Positions 39,802 to 49,830 of a DNA stretch of 64,000 bases are shown piece by piece; position 1 is the stretch's first letter, and each line of letters opens with the position of its first letter. The position numbers and the translations under genes are program-made. The DNA is from Candidatus Dojkabacteria bacterium (GTDB taxonomy: Bacteria; Patescibacteriota; Dojkabacteria; JAOAGR01). Below the pieces are notes generated by a model that was not told where the DNA came from, did not search any database, and was given only the letters and a program-made list of their open reading frames with translations. Location of the stretch: the NCBI GenBank assembly GCA_026415655.1, contig JAOAGR010000008.1, forward strand, positions 551-64,550, written 5' to 3'.

Positions 39802-40052
39802 AATTCCTTTGTCCACACAAATATCTTAATTTTGATATAAAGAATCACATCTTTTTGGTGATTTTAAAATCAACATTAATCTACATCTTACCAATCTATT
39901 ATCAGAATATATTGATCAAATAAGGCATATCTATTAACATAGTAATAACATATTATCTAACTCAGACACAAATTGGGTGAATTCCAAAATCTAGATATTT
40001 ACATAATCAAATCTGGAAAATAGTTATTGAATAGATCTCAAATGTCTTGTTC

Positions 40053-40128
40053 TGGTGGCCCCAGCAGGACTCGAACCTGCGACCTTTACAATGTGAGTGT
40101 AACGCTCTACCAGCTAAGCTATAGGGCC
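40053..40128 (-). tRNA. tRNA-Val (anticodon CAC)
   Basis: Reverse complement is GGCCCTA...anticodon loop CTCACAT...TTCGAGT...TGGGGCCACCA. Confidence 0.8.
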
Positions 40129-40271
40129 ATCTTATAACACTAATTTTAGCAAATAAGATTTATAAATTAAAACATTAATGCAGGTTAAAATTCGTAAATT
40201 AAAAATAGACCTATTAACCAAATATCAATACAAATAAAATTTTAAAATACAAAAATTAAAAGAAAAAATAA

Positions 40272-40348
40272 TGGTGGACTCAGCAGGACTCGAACCTGCG
40301 ACCTTTACAATGTCAATGTAACGCTCTAACCAACTGAGCTATGAGTCC
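40272..40348 (-). tRNA. tRNA-Val (anticodon GAC)
   Basis: Reverse complement is GGACTCA...anticodon loop TTGACAT...TTCGAGT...TGAGTCCACCA. The 3' half is identical to the adjacent Val-CAC gene. Confidence 0.8.
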
Positions 40349-40391
40349 TAAACCACTGTATTTTAATCAAACTATCAGTTTTAGTCAATTT

Positions 40392-43300
40392 TTATTTATC
40401 TACTATGCGATTTCTAATTCTACGAGATACTTTGGATTCTATTATTTTTCTTCTATTTTCTATTATATACCACATCACCACACTTGATAGTGCCAAGATT
40501 CCCATAAAGATAATCCAATTAATGTACCCAGAGAAATTGGTATCGGGTAATCTGGTAGTTATTACAACAGTAGTGGTTGTGGTAGTGATGGGCCGTGTGG
40601 GTGTTGGAGGCTCTGGTGTTGCGCATTCTCCCATGACATTAACATTTACTCTATTGGATTGTTCGGTTCTATTTGTAGAAATAGCGCGAGCTTGGTTTGT
40701 TATGACATCATTACAAATGTCTCTACTGGGGAAGTAGCTGTTATTTATAGTCACAGTATAAGTAAGCTGTATAGACTGATTAGGTGATAGATTTGGATTT
40801 CCATTGTTTGCATTGATCAGATTTTGGGAAGTCCAAGTAATGATATTACCGGATATGGTACCACCATTCGAAATGTTTGAAACAGTAATATTATTAATAG
40901 CATCTGGATCAAGAGTATCCCTTACGGTCATATCAGTTAGATCAAGAGGATTAGAAGATACATTAGTCAAAGTTAAAGTATAATTTACGGTACCACCTAC
41001 GTTCACTGTATCACGATTCGCTTGCTTGGAAATGATAAAGTTAGGTTGTGCTGTGCGTACGATAACTTCATCACAGCCAATCAATATATCCCCATTATCA
41101 ATTTGATCATTATTATTGACATCTCTATAAAGACAGAATTCATTTTCAAGGTTTGGAGTACCTGTATAACTACCAATGTCTACTCTGACAGTACCACTAT
41201 ATGTCTCACCAGGTGCAAGCACCCTTATCTTATTCCACTCGACACCTTTTACACTTTGCGATACAGTATAGTTGTTACCAGGATTTAAGGAGCCTATTGT
41301 GTTTCCGTTGGCATCAAGAAGCCTCCTAGGAGAAACGGAAGATGGATCGGAGACAGTACCACCACTTCGCAGTAGATCAGAAGCTTGGATAATATCACCA
41401 AAAGGAGGATTAATTACATTTCCTGAACTATCGTAAGCTATAAGACGATCTCTTACTATCACATTTTGCATTATTGCATTACCAGTATTACTTATAGAAA
41501 CATCATATTCTACTATAGAAGTAGAATTTACTATGTTGCCTGTATTCAAATTTATAGAGTTTGCTTGGTCAATGTTTTTATCAATATTTGGTCTTGGAGA
41601 AAAACTAAAACCAACCCTACAATTATTTGATGTTGAATTAGTTGTACCGTTTGCTGTATATCCATCAATCTGAATGCTTTGGATCTCGACATTACTTGGT
41701 ATCTGCAAGCTAAATGTGTTTGAAGATTGAGGTGATATAGACTGAGTGACATTTTGATTTGCCCTGGTACGATAAGCATAATTTATGAAATAACTCGTTG
41801 CATTTGTACCCTGAATTTGTATATTCAGTCCATCACCTTGTCTTACTTGACATGCTGATGGGTTTGTTGGTGTACAGGACGCATTATTTCTTGTATTTGT
41901 CACCGTAATGCCGGTACATTGTGGAGGGACAGGAGTCGGGGTGGGTGTGTTGGTGGTTGGCGGGGTGGTTGGAGGAGTTGTTGGAGGAGTTGTCGGCGGA
42001 GTAGTTGTGCCTTGTAATTCCACCTGAACATAACAATTTCCTCCTTGAGTAAGTCTTCCCGCTTGTCCATCAGATCCTAAGCCAAATAACTCACCTCCAA
42101 ATCCCCTTAATGCTACCTTACGCAATAGTCTACCTGGTTGCCACGCTTGAGGATCTTCATTATTTGAATCTGGTTGATTTAGTTGATTATAGTGTATGAC
42201 ATAACTGAATGTAATACGATCCCCGTTTGAGACTCCATCCACTATCCATCTATAGCCCGTATCACTAGCCAAAAGTTTACTCATACTTGTAGCCCCATCA
42301 ACATCGGTTTGAGGCAACCATGCTCCTCTTGGGTTATTTTCTGGTGGTGGTGGATATAGATTCGCCATGTTGTACGGAAATATCCAACCTCTTCCTCTAT
42401 CAAGCGGATTACGCACTACCATAGTGATATTTAGACTTTCACCAGGTCTTAATATTCGTCTACCATTCTGTACTGTACCACCAGTTACTGTGAATGATTC
42501 ACAGATTGGTCTATTATAGAGTGGTTCAGTCCTTACAACACAATAATTTCTACAAGAACCAGGTTGACTAACCATTCTCCTCTCTCTTGGATCGTATAAT
42601 CTAGCGCCATTCGGATCATATCCAAGCTCGTTATAACAAATCAATTCATTCGGTGCTGTCCATCCTCCATCTTTTGTGTATATAGCACCAAAGACTATAC
42701 CGTTTTTAAAGTTTAACGCTGGCAAACCAGCACAGTTAATATCCTGTCTGGCTGCATATGCATCATTTCTACGTATATCGTTACCATACAGGTTATTTGG
42801 TAGTGTAAATGTTCTATTGGGGTCACCTGCATTTCCACCCCCTACCGTGCCTGTCGTATCAGTAAAATTAAATAGATAATAACTACAGGCATACTCACGC
42901 GTACCTGGTGTATTCCAAGGACTGTTCGGATCGGGAATGTATGGCCTCATAAAATATAATCTAAATCTAGGATTTCCATTCGGTACTCCATTTGTACTAT
43001 TAAATGTTATTTGTGTACCTGGTCTAGGCATATCTCTTACAACCATACTATCTCTGGTATCACCAGCCGATACATTCTTGGTAACTCTTTGTCCAGTCAT
43101 CGTTTCAAATGTCACTGTCATGGAAGCACAATAACCTTCAGGGTTACGACGCGTAGTTCCGGTATCACACTGAGGATCATAAGTTGAACTCGTAATATTG
43201 TTATTGCAATCACGAAAAACCATATTAGTGCCCTCACATCTCGCCCTTGGTTCACATGGACCACATTGTTCAGGTGTTTCGCTTACAGTTTCATTACCAT

Positions 43301-44525
43301 TAGCATCACATGTAACTATACGACGTATATTTAAACCTGGTATACAACTATTGTCTGGTTCACAAGTCCTCCCTGTAGGACTATCAGGACATCTATACGG
43401 GTTACCACACACAGAGTCAGAATATACGCCTCCTGCTTTTCCTTCACAACTTGCTCCACAACTTTCTCTATTTGGTAACAACTGTTCTAATCTTGTACTA
43501 CCATACCTAAATCCATCATTTTGCACAGGTCCCAATTCTCTACACCAACACATTTGATTTACACCAGGATTACAATTTATAAATTCTGCTGGAGCACATC
43601 GAGCAACATTTCCACTTTGTCCTGTATAAACTCTACACGTACTCCCAGCTACTAACCAACTTCCAGAATTAGTTATGGTACATGTAAATCCATTACTACC
43701 ACAATTAAATTTAGTACCAGCTGCACCGCTACATATGTTATTCCCACATGCACATAAGTTATTATTCCCGTCACAATTTTTATAACAATATCCATTAATG
43801 TTTCTATATCCACTAGGACATACACCACCTGGTCCCGCTTGTAAACCATCTGGTCTTTGGCAAATGCCCCAACCACTGTCATAGCATCGTTGAACTCCTG
43901 TGAAACGATCTGATCCTTCACTTGTACAAGCTTTATATTCTCCAATAAAAGCATTTGTTCCATCACCTCTTGGACAAGCAGGATTACCTGAAGATACTGG
44001 TGGTGTAGGATTTAGAGGACCTAAACATGACCTTTCAGAATATTGTCCTGCACAAGTTTTTATCCTACTACCATCTCTACAAACAACTTCTAAACAGGTA
44101 TTTGTAGAACATTCTGAGGCAACACTACATCTCTCTCCTGGTGCTTTTTTATCTCTTGGTCTATCAACGCATCTTCCTTGATAATAATCCTTTCCCTGCA
44201 GTTCGCAAGAACGAGCTTGTTCACATTCATCATAGTCTGTTTTGTATCTTGAACAGTCAATCCTCCCCCAGTCACCTCTTTGACAAGCTTGTAGATTAGC
44301 TAATTGTGTGGAACAGTCTCTTGCGGCCGCAGTCTCTTCTGGCGTAGTATTTCTAGTTAATATTGTATAAGCCAAAAATCCAGAAACCCCTAAAAGCAAC
44401 AACGTAAAAAATATTATAAATGCCAATATTAAACGTCTATCAATTTTCTTTATATTAAATGTAAACTTTTTTAGTCTCAGATGTGTATTATTTTGATTTG
44501 TTTCATTTGAATATTGTTTAGGCAT
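40392..44525 (-). CDS. Giant (1377 aa) cysteine-rich cell-surface protein, likely a sortase substrate. It has a signal-anchor, a Cys-rich module of about 400 aa, a (TTPP)n linker, and DUF11-like repeats. The C-terminus has an LPDTN motif, a hydrophobic helix and a basic tail.
   Basis: N-terminal TM helix ILAFIIFFTLLLLGVSGFLAY. About 60 Cys residues in residues 70-470. TTPPTTPPTTPPTTPPTT linker. The repeats NYTLTLTNVSSNPLDLT and TYTVTINN resemble DUF11-type domains. C-terminus ...TTRLPDTNFSGYINWIIFMGILALSSVVMWYIIENRRKIIESKVSRRIRNR. Confidence 0.6.
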   Translation of the reverse strand: MPKQYSNETNQNNTHLRLKKFTFNIKKIDRRLILAFIIFFTLLLLGVSGFLAYTILTRNTTPEETAAARDCSTQLANLQACQRGDWGRIDCSRYKTDYDECEQARSCELQGKDYYQGRCVDRPRDKKAPGERCSVASECSTNTCLEVVCRDGSRIKTCAGQYSERSCLGPLNPTPPVSSGNPACPRGDGTNAFIGEYKACTSEGSDRFTGVQRCYDSGWGICQRPDGLQAGPGGVCPSGYRNINGYCYKNCDGNNNLCACGNNICSGAAGTKFNCGSNGFTCTITNSGSWLVAGSTCRVYTGQSGNVARCAPAEFINCNPGVNQMCWCRELGPVQNDGFRYGSTRLEQLLPNRESCGASCEGKAGGVYSDSVCGNPYRCPDSPTGRTCEPDNSCIPGLNIRRIVTCDANGNETVSETPEQCGPCEPRARCEGTNMVFRDCNNNITSSTYDPQCDTGTTRRNPEGYCASMTVTFETMTGQRVTKNVSAGDTRDSMVVRDMPRPGTQITFNSTNGVPNGNPRFRLYFMRPYIPDPNSPWNTPGTREYACSYYLFNFTDTTGTVGGGNAGDPNRTFTLPNNLYGNDIRRNDAYAARQDINCAGLPALNFKNGIVFGAIYTKDGGWTAPNELICYNELGYDPNGARLYDPRERRMVSQPGSCRNYCVVRTEPLYNRPICESFTVTGGTVQNGRRILRPGESLNITMVVRNPLDRGRGWIFPYNMANLYPPPPENNPRGAWLPQTDVDGATSMSKLLASDTGYRWIVDGVSNGDRITFSYVIHYNQLNQPDSNNEDPQAWQPGRLLRKVALRGFGGELFGLGSDGQAGRLTQGGNCYVQVELQGTTTPPTTPPTTPPTTPPTTNTPTPTPVPPQCTGITVTNTRNNASCTPTNPSACQVRQGDGLNIQIQGTNATSYFINYAYRTRANQNVTQSISPQSSNTFSLQIPSNVEIQSIQIDGYTANGTTNSTSNNCRVGFSFSPRPNIDKNIDQANSINLNTGNIVNSTSIVEYDVSISNTGNAIMQNVIVRDRLIAYDSSGNVINPPFGDIIQASDLLRSGGTVSDPSSVSPRRLLDANGNTIGSLNPGNNYTVSQSVKGVEWNKIRVLAPGETYSGTVRVDIGSYTGTPNLENEFCLYRDVNNNDQIDNGDILIGCDEVIVRTAQPNFIISKQANRDTVNVGGTVNYTLTLTNVSSNPLDLTDMTVRDTLDPDAINNITVSNISNGGTISGNIITWTSQNLINANNGNPNLSPNQSIQLTYTVTINNSYFPSRDICNDVITNQARAISTNRTEQSNRVNVNVMGECATPEPPTPTRPITTTTTTVVITTRLPDTNFSGYINWIIFMGILALSSVVMWYIIENRRKIIESKVSRRIRNRIVDK
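41950..42012. repeat. Tandem 12-nt DNA repeat encoding the (TTPP)n linker inside the giant surface-protein gene
   Basis: Plus-strand units of the form GGTGGTTGGMGG / AGTTGTTGGAGG are repeated about 5 times. Confidence 0.6.
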
Positions 44526-44584
44526 AGATCTTATTTTATAAATATTTTAAAACTTATTATATTTGTATAAAATAATCAAGTAGT

Positions 44585-46606
44585 ATGAAAAAAACAATTA
44601 AATTATTTAGTATTTTGTTTATTTTTACACTATTTATTTGCATTTACATCTTGGTTTTAATCCCATATGCGAACGCACAATCAATATCTCCATCGTCCAC
44701 GCAAACACCTACACCAACAACCACTCCAAGTCCAACACCATTAATTGATCAAACTCCTCCAACTCCTCCTGTACCAAACATACTTGCTACAACAACAAAC
44801 GCTATTACTCTCAAATGGAATGCAGCATCAGATCCAAGCGGCATCTCAGAATACAAAATTTTCCAGTCCAATCAATCCAACGGGTCATACACACAGATCG
44901 GTTCCACATCAAATACTGAATATACAGTCAGTAATTTAGCCCATGACACTGAATATTGGTTTAAAGTTTCAGCATGCGACAACTCGCCAAATAAGAATTG
45001 TTCAGCGCTTAGTGATGCGGTAAAAGCAAAAACTAAAAAAGAGATAATCAAACAATATGAGATTAACTCCAAAATTGACAAAAACACAACGAACGCCAAT
45101 GACCAATTTACAATAACTTACAATGTAAAAAATACTGGTAATGTAACAATAGAAAATTTTGAAATAAGAGTACCGTTCTTGAATAACATATCAGATGTCC
45201 AAAATCCCGTAATAACACCTGATTTAAACAGACGTCTCGATCCTACAACAGATTTTCCTCAAGGTTTTAATACTCGTAGTTGGGTGACAAATATCAATCC
45301 AGGAGAGGAAAAAGAATTTACAATTACGTACACTGTCAGTAATAACCCCAGTATTCCAAATGGGCACTTGTGCATATATACCTTACCAATAAGTTGGATA
45401 GATCCTGCTGGGGATCCTTCAAATCAGCTTATTCAAACAACAAATTTTAGGGCAGATATCTACATCAACCGCCAATACGAAAAATCAATAAGAGTAACTT
45501 TACCCACATTAGAATCAGTAAATTCACCAATTGCAAGTGTTCAGTTACCATCACAATATTTATTTGAAGGCTCGAAAACAACAAATTTAAGATCAATAAA
45601 TAAGGATAACATCTCTAAATACGAAAATTTTACTCTCGAAAATGCTCAGTTCATTATTGAATGGCTAGAACCGATTGATTTATCAAATGCTGATATACCA
45701 GCAAAACTTATTAACCTTGATAACTTATTAAAATACAAAACTTATGGCATAGATTTCAACATTCAGGAGTTAAGTTTTCTTGCCAAAAAGGTTAGAATAA
45801 CTCTTAAAAAGCATAATTATGTATTTTTACCGAGAATTAAGATTGATAATGAAATAAAAGATTTACAGTCTTACAATGGTGAAATAGATTTTTTATCTAA
45901 ATTTATATCTTTTGAAATATCACCAATGCGATCATTTACACTGGTGTCTGATATAAAATTTGAGAATCCAAAAAAAGAGAATGATCAATACTCAATAGAA
46001 ATCAAAGTATCAAATCCAAAAGTAAAATTATCTTATAGTATAGATGACTCCAGTTTTAAGACTGGGTGGATTGACCAAGAAAAGGGTAATCTTTCAATAA
46101 TTCTACCAGAGAACGATATTATAAAATTAGAGGTTAAAATCGTGGACGAGAATAATGAAGAATTTTCAAGGGTAAAAATTATAGAAAAGACAACCCCAAC
46201 TCCAACCTTTATACAAAGAAATAATAACACACAAACAAATAGGCTCAATTTGACAATAAACCCACTAACAATTCTCCTTTCTGTATTAGCTATAGTCATA
46301 TTTGTGTTACTGTTAGTTATCGGATACATAATGTTGCGAAAAAGATTCTCTAAAAAAAAGGAAGATAATACCTTAAAACTTGACTTTGCTACTTCACTCA
46401 AAACAAAAGTATTAACACATACTAGTAATACAAAAACCGTACAACCGGGTACACTCTCAGATTATGCCCAAATAGGCGAATACGGGAATAATCGAGAAAC
46501 ACCAAATGAAGTAAAAGACAACATTACCATTGATCTAACAGCACTAAAAAATAGATACACAAAGGATTCAAATAAAGAGAAAGACCAATCAGATAGAAAA
46601 TTATGA
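44585..46606 (+). CDS. Type-I membrane surface protein with a PT-rich linker, a fibronectin type III domain and a DUF11-like domain
   Basis: Signal peptide. PT-rich TQTPTPTTTPSPTP...PPTPPVPN. FN3-like ITLKWNAASDPSGISEYKIF...YTVSNLAHDTEYWFKVSA. A C-terminal TM helix (LTILLSVLAIVIFVLLLVIGYIML) followed by a basic cytoplasmic tail. Confidence 0.6.
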   Translation: MKKTIKLFSILFIFTLFICIYILVLIPYANAQSISPSSTQTPTPTTTPSPTPLIDQTPPTPPVPNILATTTNAITLKWNAASDPSGISEYKIFQSNQSNGSYTQIGSTSNTEYTVSNLAHDTEYWFKVSACDNSPNKNCSALSDAVKAKTKKEIIKQYEINSKIDKNTTNANDQFTITYNVKNTGNVTIENFEIRVPFLNNISDVQNPVITPDLNRRLDPTTDFPQGFNTRSWVTNINPGEEKEFTITYTVSNNPSIPNGHLCIYTLPISWIDPAGDPSNQLIQTTNFRADIYINRQYEKSIRVTLPTLESVNSPIASVQLPSQYLFEGSKTTNLRSINKDNISKYENFTLENAQFIIEWLEPIDLSNADIPAKLINLDNLLKYKTYGIDFNIQELSFLAKKVRITLKKHNYVFLPRIKIDNEIKDLQSYNGEIDFLSKFISFEISPMRSFTLVSDIKFENPKKENDQYSIEIKVSNPKVKLSYSIDDSSFKTGWIDQEKGNLSIILPENDIIKLEVKIVDENNEEFSRVKIIEKTTPTPTFIQRNNNTQTNRLNLTINPLTILLSVLAIVIFVLLLVIGYIMLRKRFSKKKEDNTLKLDFATSLKTKVLTHTSNTKTVQPGTLSDYAQIGEYGNNRETPNEVKDNITIDLTALKNRYTKDSNKEKDQSDRKL

Positions 46607-47343
46607 CAATTTCATTAATATCAACATTTGTTATAGTATCTTTTCTTGCAATATTTTATCTAATAGTGAGAGATTTATTAAAGCGTTATAAACCTGATAT
46701 CTTTAATAGAATTTTTCACATAAGATTTGATACAATACTTGCTTTTTTGATAACTATATTGATCAGTATTTCGACGAACATGAAAATATCCGAATTATCT
46801 GACAAAACTATGTTGATATTAAATGAAGAAATACTTTTTGCTATCTTATCATTTTGCATGGCATTTCTGTCATTCGGGATTGGAGTTAAATTTATTATAG
46901 AAACAATCAAAAAATACATTAATATAGATAAATTGCTTGCTTTTCATAATAGTTTTTTAATATATCAAAACTTTGCATCAATCTGGATATACTCTTCATT
47001 CCTTACATTGCTAGTTATAGTATCATATCTGGAAATCCAACAAAGTTACGAACCAATAAGCATAGAATTATTTTTGTTTTTTCTGATATCATTTATTATA
47101 AATACAATATTAATCAAACAAATAATCAACGGTCAATCTGCAAACACAAAACTACAAAGGTTATATGTGTTTTTTGATTTAACAACAGTATTGCTATTAT
47201 CATCAATGATTTTTTATAACGCTGATAGAACAAATTTTTTCTTTTACTATCCATTAACCATCTCCACACTAGTAGGACTAATAACTGGAATCATATACAA
47301 TTTTTTGGAAGAAAAAGTAAACAAAAAGTTTAATAAAATATAA
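46603..47343 (+). CDS. Hypothetical polytopic membrane protein
   Basis: 246 aa with about 7 TM helices. The start overlaps the upstream stop (ATGA). Confidence 0.45.
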   Translation: MTISLISTFVIVSFLAIFYLIVRDLLKRYKPDIFNRIFHIRFDTILAFLITILISISTNMKISELSDKTMLILNEEILFAILSFCMAFLSFGIGVKFIIETIKKYINIDKLLAFHNSFLIYQNFASIWIYSSFLTLLVIVSYLEIQQSYEPISIELFLFFLISFIINTILIKQIINGQSANTKLQRLYVFFDLTTVLLLSSMIFYNADRTNFFFYYPLTISTLVGLITGIIYNFLEEKVNKKFNKI

Positions 47344-47374
47344 TTAAATTCTGATATAATCCTATTTAGGTATC

Positions 47375-48319
47375 ATGAAAAAAAAGATCAGCATTGTAAT
47401 ACCTTTTTACAATGAAGAAGAAGTAATAAATCATTCGTATAATGAGATCACAAAATACTTAAATCAATTGGAAAACCAATATAATTTCGAAATTATTTGT
47501 GTCAATGACGGTAGTAAAGATAAAACTCTAAAATTTCTGTTAGAACTCTCCGAAAACGATCCAAGACTTAAAATAATAGATCTATCAAGAAATTTTGGTC
47601 ACGAAATGGCTATCCTAGCAGGACTTGAGAATGCTACGGGTGATGCAGTGATAACCATGGATTGCGATTTGCAAGATCCTCCCTCACTAATATCAGAAAT
47701 GTTAAAACTATGGGAAGAAGGCTACGAGGTAATACATGCAAAAAGAAGTAAACGAAAGACAGATTCTTTTTTTAAAAAGATCAGCGCTAAACTTTTTTAT
47801 AAAATATTTAATAGATTATCCTCGACCCAAATGCCTGAAAATGTTGCAAATTTTCGTCTACTTGATAAAAGTGCATTAGATGCACTATTGAGATTTAAAG
47901 AACATAAAAGATACTACCGGGGACTAAGTGTACTCATTGGATTCAAACAAACCTTTATAGAACATGAAAGAAATGAAAGGGTTGCTGGAAAGACAAAATA
48001 TCCACTAAAAAAAATGCTCAGACTCGCTACAGATGCTATACTAGCATTTTCTAGTATTCCATTACAAATAATAACCCAAATTGGCATTCTGATCTCATTT
48101 TTTAGTTTTTTAGGAATAACTTATGCCCTGATAGTTAAGTTATTTTTTTCCGAATACGCAGTACCCGGTTGGGCTTTTACAACTATAGCTATCTTTTTCC
48201 TCGGAGGTATACAGATTCTAATTATGAGCATAATAGGCATGTATATCGAAAGGATATATACTGAGGTTCTAAACAGACCACATTATATAATACGTGCAAT
48301 TTATGAAAATAAAAAATAA
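47375..48319 (+). CDS. Family 2 glycosyltransferase, polyprenyl-phosphate sugar synthase type (DPM1/GtrB/ArnC-like)
   Basis: ISIVIPFYNEEE, the DxD-containing DCDLQDPP, and a C-terminal pair of TM helices as in GtrB/DPM synthases. Confidence 0.8.
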   Translation: MKKKISIVIPFYNEEEVINHSYNEITKYLNQLENQYNFEIICVNDGSKDKTLKFLLELSENDPRLKIIDLSRNFGHEMAILAGLENATGDAVITMDCDLQDPPSLISEMLKLWEEGYEVIHAKRSKRKTDSFFKKISAKLFYKIFNRLSSTQMPENVANFRLLDKSALDALLRFKEHKRYYRGLSVLIGFKQTFIEHERNERVAGKTKYPLKKMLRLATDAILAFSSIPLQIITQIGILISFFSFLGITYALIVKLFFSEYAVPGWAFTTIAIFFLGGIQILIMSIIGMYIERIYTEVLNRPHYIIRAIYENKK

Positions 48320-49643
48320 TATTCCTCATATCGGCATAATAGGTGCTGGATTTACTGCATTTGCGTGTACTTATTATTTATCTAAAAAAGGATATAAAAT
48401 AACTATCCTTGAAAGAAGTGAAGACATTGGCGGATTAGCAGGTGCTTTCAAAATAGGCAATTCATATTTGGAAAAAGCCTATCATCACTTATTTAAAACA
48501 GATATTGACATACTAGAACTCATCAATGAAATTGATCCTAATCTTATCGAATGGCATGAAAGTTCGGTTTCTAATTTTTATAAGGGTAACTTTTATCCAT
48601 TCAATTCTGCATTTGATTTACTAAAATTTAAACCTTTGGATTTTGTAAGTCGATTAAGAGTAGGCTTAGCATTATTTTACGTGCAAAAAGTGAAAAATTA
48701 TTCAAAATTTGAAAAAATTTCAGCTATAGAATGGCTTAGAAAATGGACAGGAGATAGGGCATGTCAAGTTCTTTGGATTCCATTATTGAAAGGCAAATTT
48801 AGAAAATACTACGAAAAGATCTCAATGGCATGGATGTGGGCACGTTTACACATAAGAGCAAATTCTAGATCCAATATATTTGAAAAAGAAATGCTTGGAT
48901 ATATCAGAGGCGGATTTATCAACTTGATTAATAAAATTTTAGATACGTCAAAAAATATTAAAGTCTACACAAAACATGAAGTAATAAACATAGAGTACAA
49001 TCAAAATACAAACAAAGTAATAGTTAGTAGTTTTGACAGTACAAAATCAAGAAAAGAATTTAGATTTGATCGGGTTTTAGTTACTACGCCATCGCATATT
49101 TTTGCCAAGTTAATTGAGTCAAATCCAGTACATCAAGATTATCTGAATAAATTAGCACAGATCGAATATATAGGAGCAATATGTATGATACTAGAAACGA
49201 ATCAAGATCTAAATTTATCTTATTGGAATAACATAAATGATCTTACTGTGCCTTTTGGTGTAATAGTACAACATACAAGACTGATTGATAAGAAAAATTA
49301 TAATAATAAAGAAATTTATTATATTGCTGGGTATTTTGAGCATGATAGCGCATTTTTCTCACTTTCAGATGAAGAATTGGTTGAGAACTGGTTTGAACAT
49401 ATGTCTAGGATCTTACCAATCTTTGATAAAGAAAAAATAGAAAACATTTTCGTATTCAAATTTAGAAATGCACAACATATTGTAGATACAAACTACAAAC
49501 AGAAAATACCCGCATACGAAACGCCAATACCAAATGTGTATCTATCGAATTTTTCACAAATTTATCCTGAGGATAGAGGAACAAATTATGCTGTTAGGGA
49601 AGGAAAGAAACTAGCAATAATGATATCAGAATCAATAAATTAA
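48294..49643 (+). CDS. FAD/NAD(P)-binding oxidoreductase (amine oxidase / phytoene-desaturase-like fold)
   Basis: N-terminal dinucleotide-binding motif IGIIGAGFTAFACTYYLSKKGYKITILERSEDIGGLAG. Co-directional with the GT2 gene and overlapping it by 26 nt. Confidence 0.55.
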   Translation: MQFMKIKNNIPHIGIIGAGFTAFACTYYLSKKGYKITILERSEDIGGLAGAFKIGNSYLEKAYHHLFKTDIDILELINEIDPNLIEWHESSVSNFYKGNFYPFNSAFDLLKFKPLDFVSRLRVGLALFYVQKVKNYSKFEKISAIEWLRKWTGDRACQVLWIPLLKGKFRKYYEKISMAWMWARLHIRANSRSNIFEKEMLGYIRGGFINLINKILDTSKNIKVYTKHEVINIEYNQNTNKVIVSSFDSTKSRKEFRFDRVLVTTPSHIFAKLIESNPVHQDYLNKLAQIEYIGAICMILETNQDLNLSYWNNINDLTVPFGVIVQHTRLIDKKNYNNKEIYYIAGYFEHDSAFFSLSDEELVENWFEHMSRILPIFDKEKIENIFVFKFRNAQHIVDTNYKQKIPAYETPIPNVYLSNFSQIYPEDRGTNYAVREGKKLAIMISESIN

Positions 49644-49830
49644 AAGGTAAGAATATTGTAAACTCTAGAACATATTAACATTTTATAAGCAGAATGGCCC
49701 ACTTTTAATAATTACAGATCATTTTAATATATTTTATACTGATCTTATTTGTAAATTTCGAACTGAAAATTTAAATGCCAAAAATACATACAATTCTTAT
49801 GAATCTAACCATAAAGTTTACTGACAAATT

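Noticed and set aside
39802-40052. 250-nt spacer between the methyltransferase and tRNA-Val, as a candidate ncRNA or mobile element end
   Set aside because: I found no inverted or direct repeats, ORF fragments, or conserved RNA motifs. It most likely holds promoter and processing sequence for the tRNA genes.
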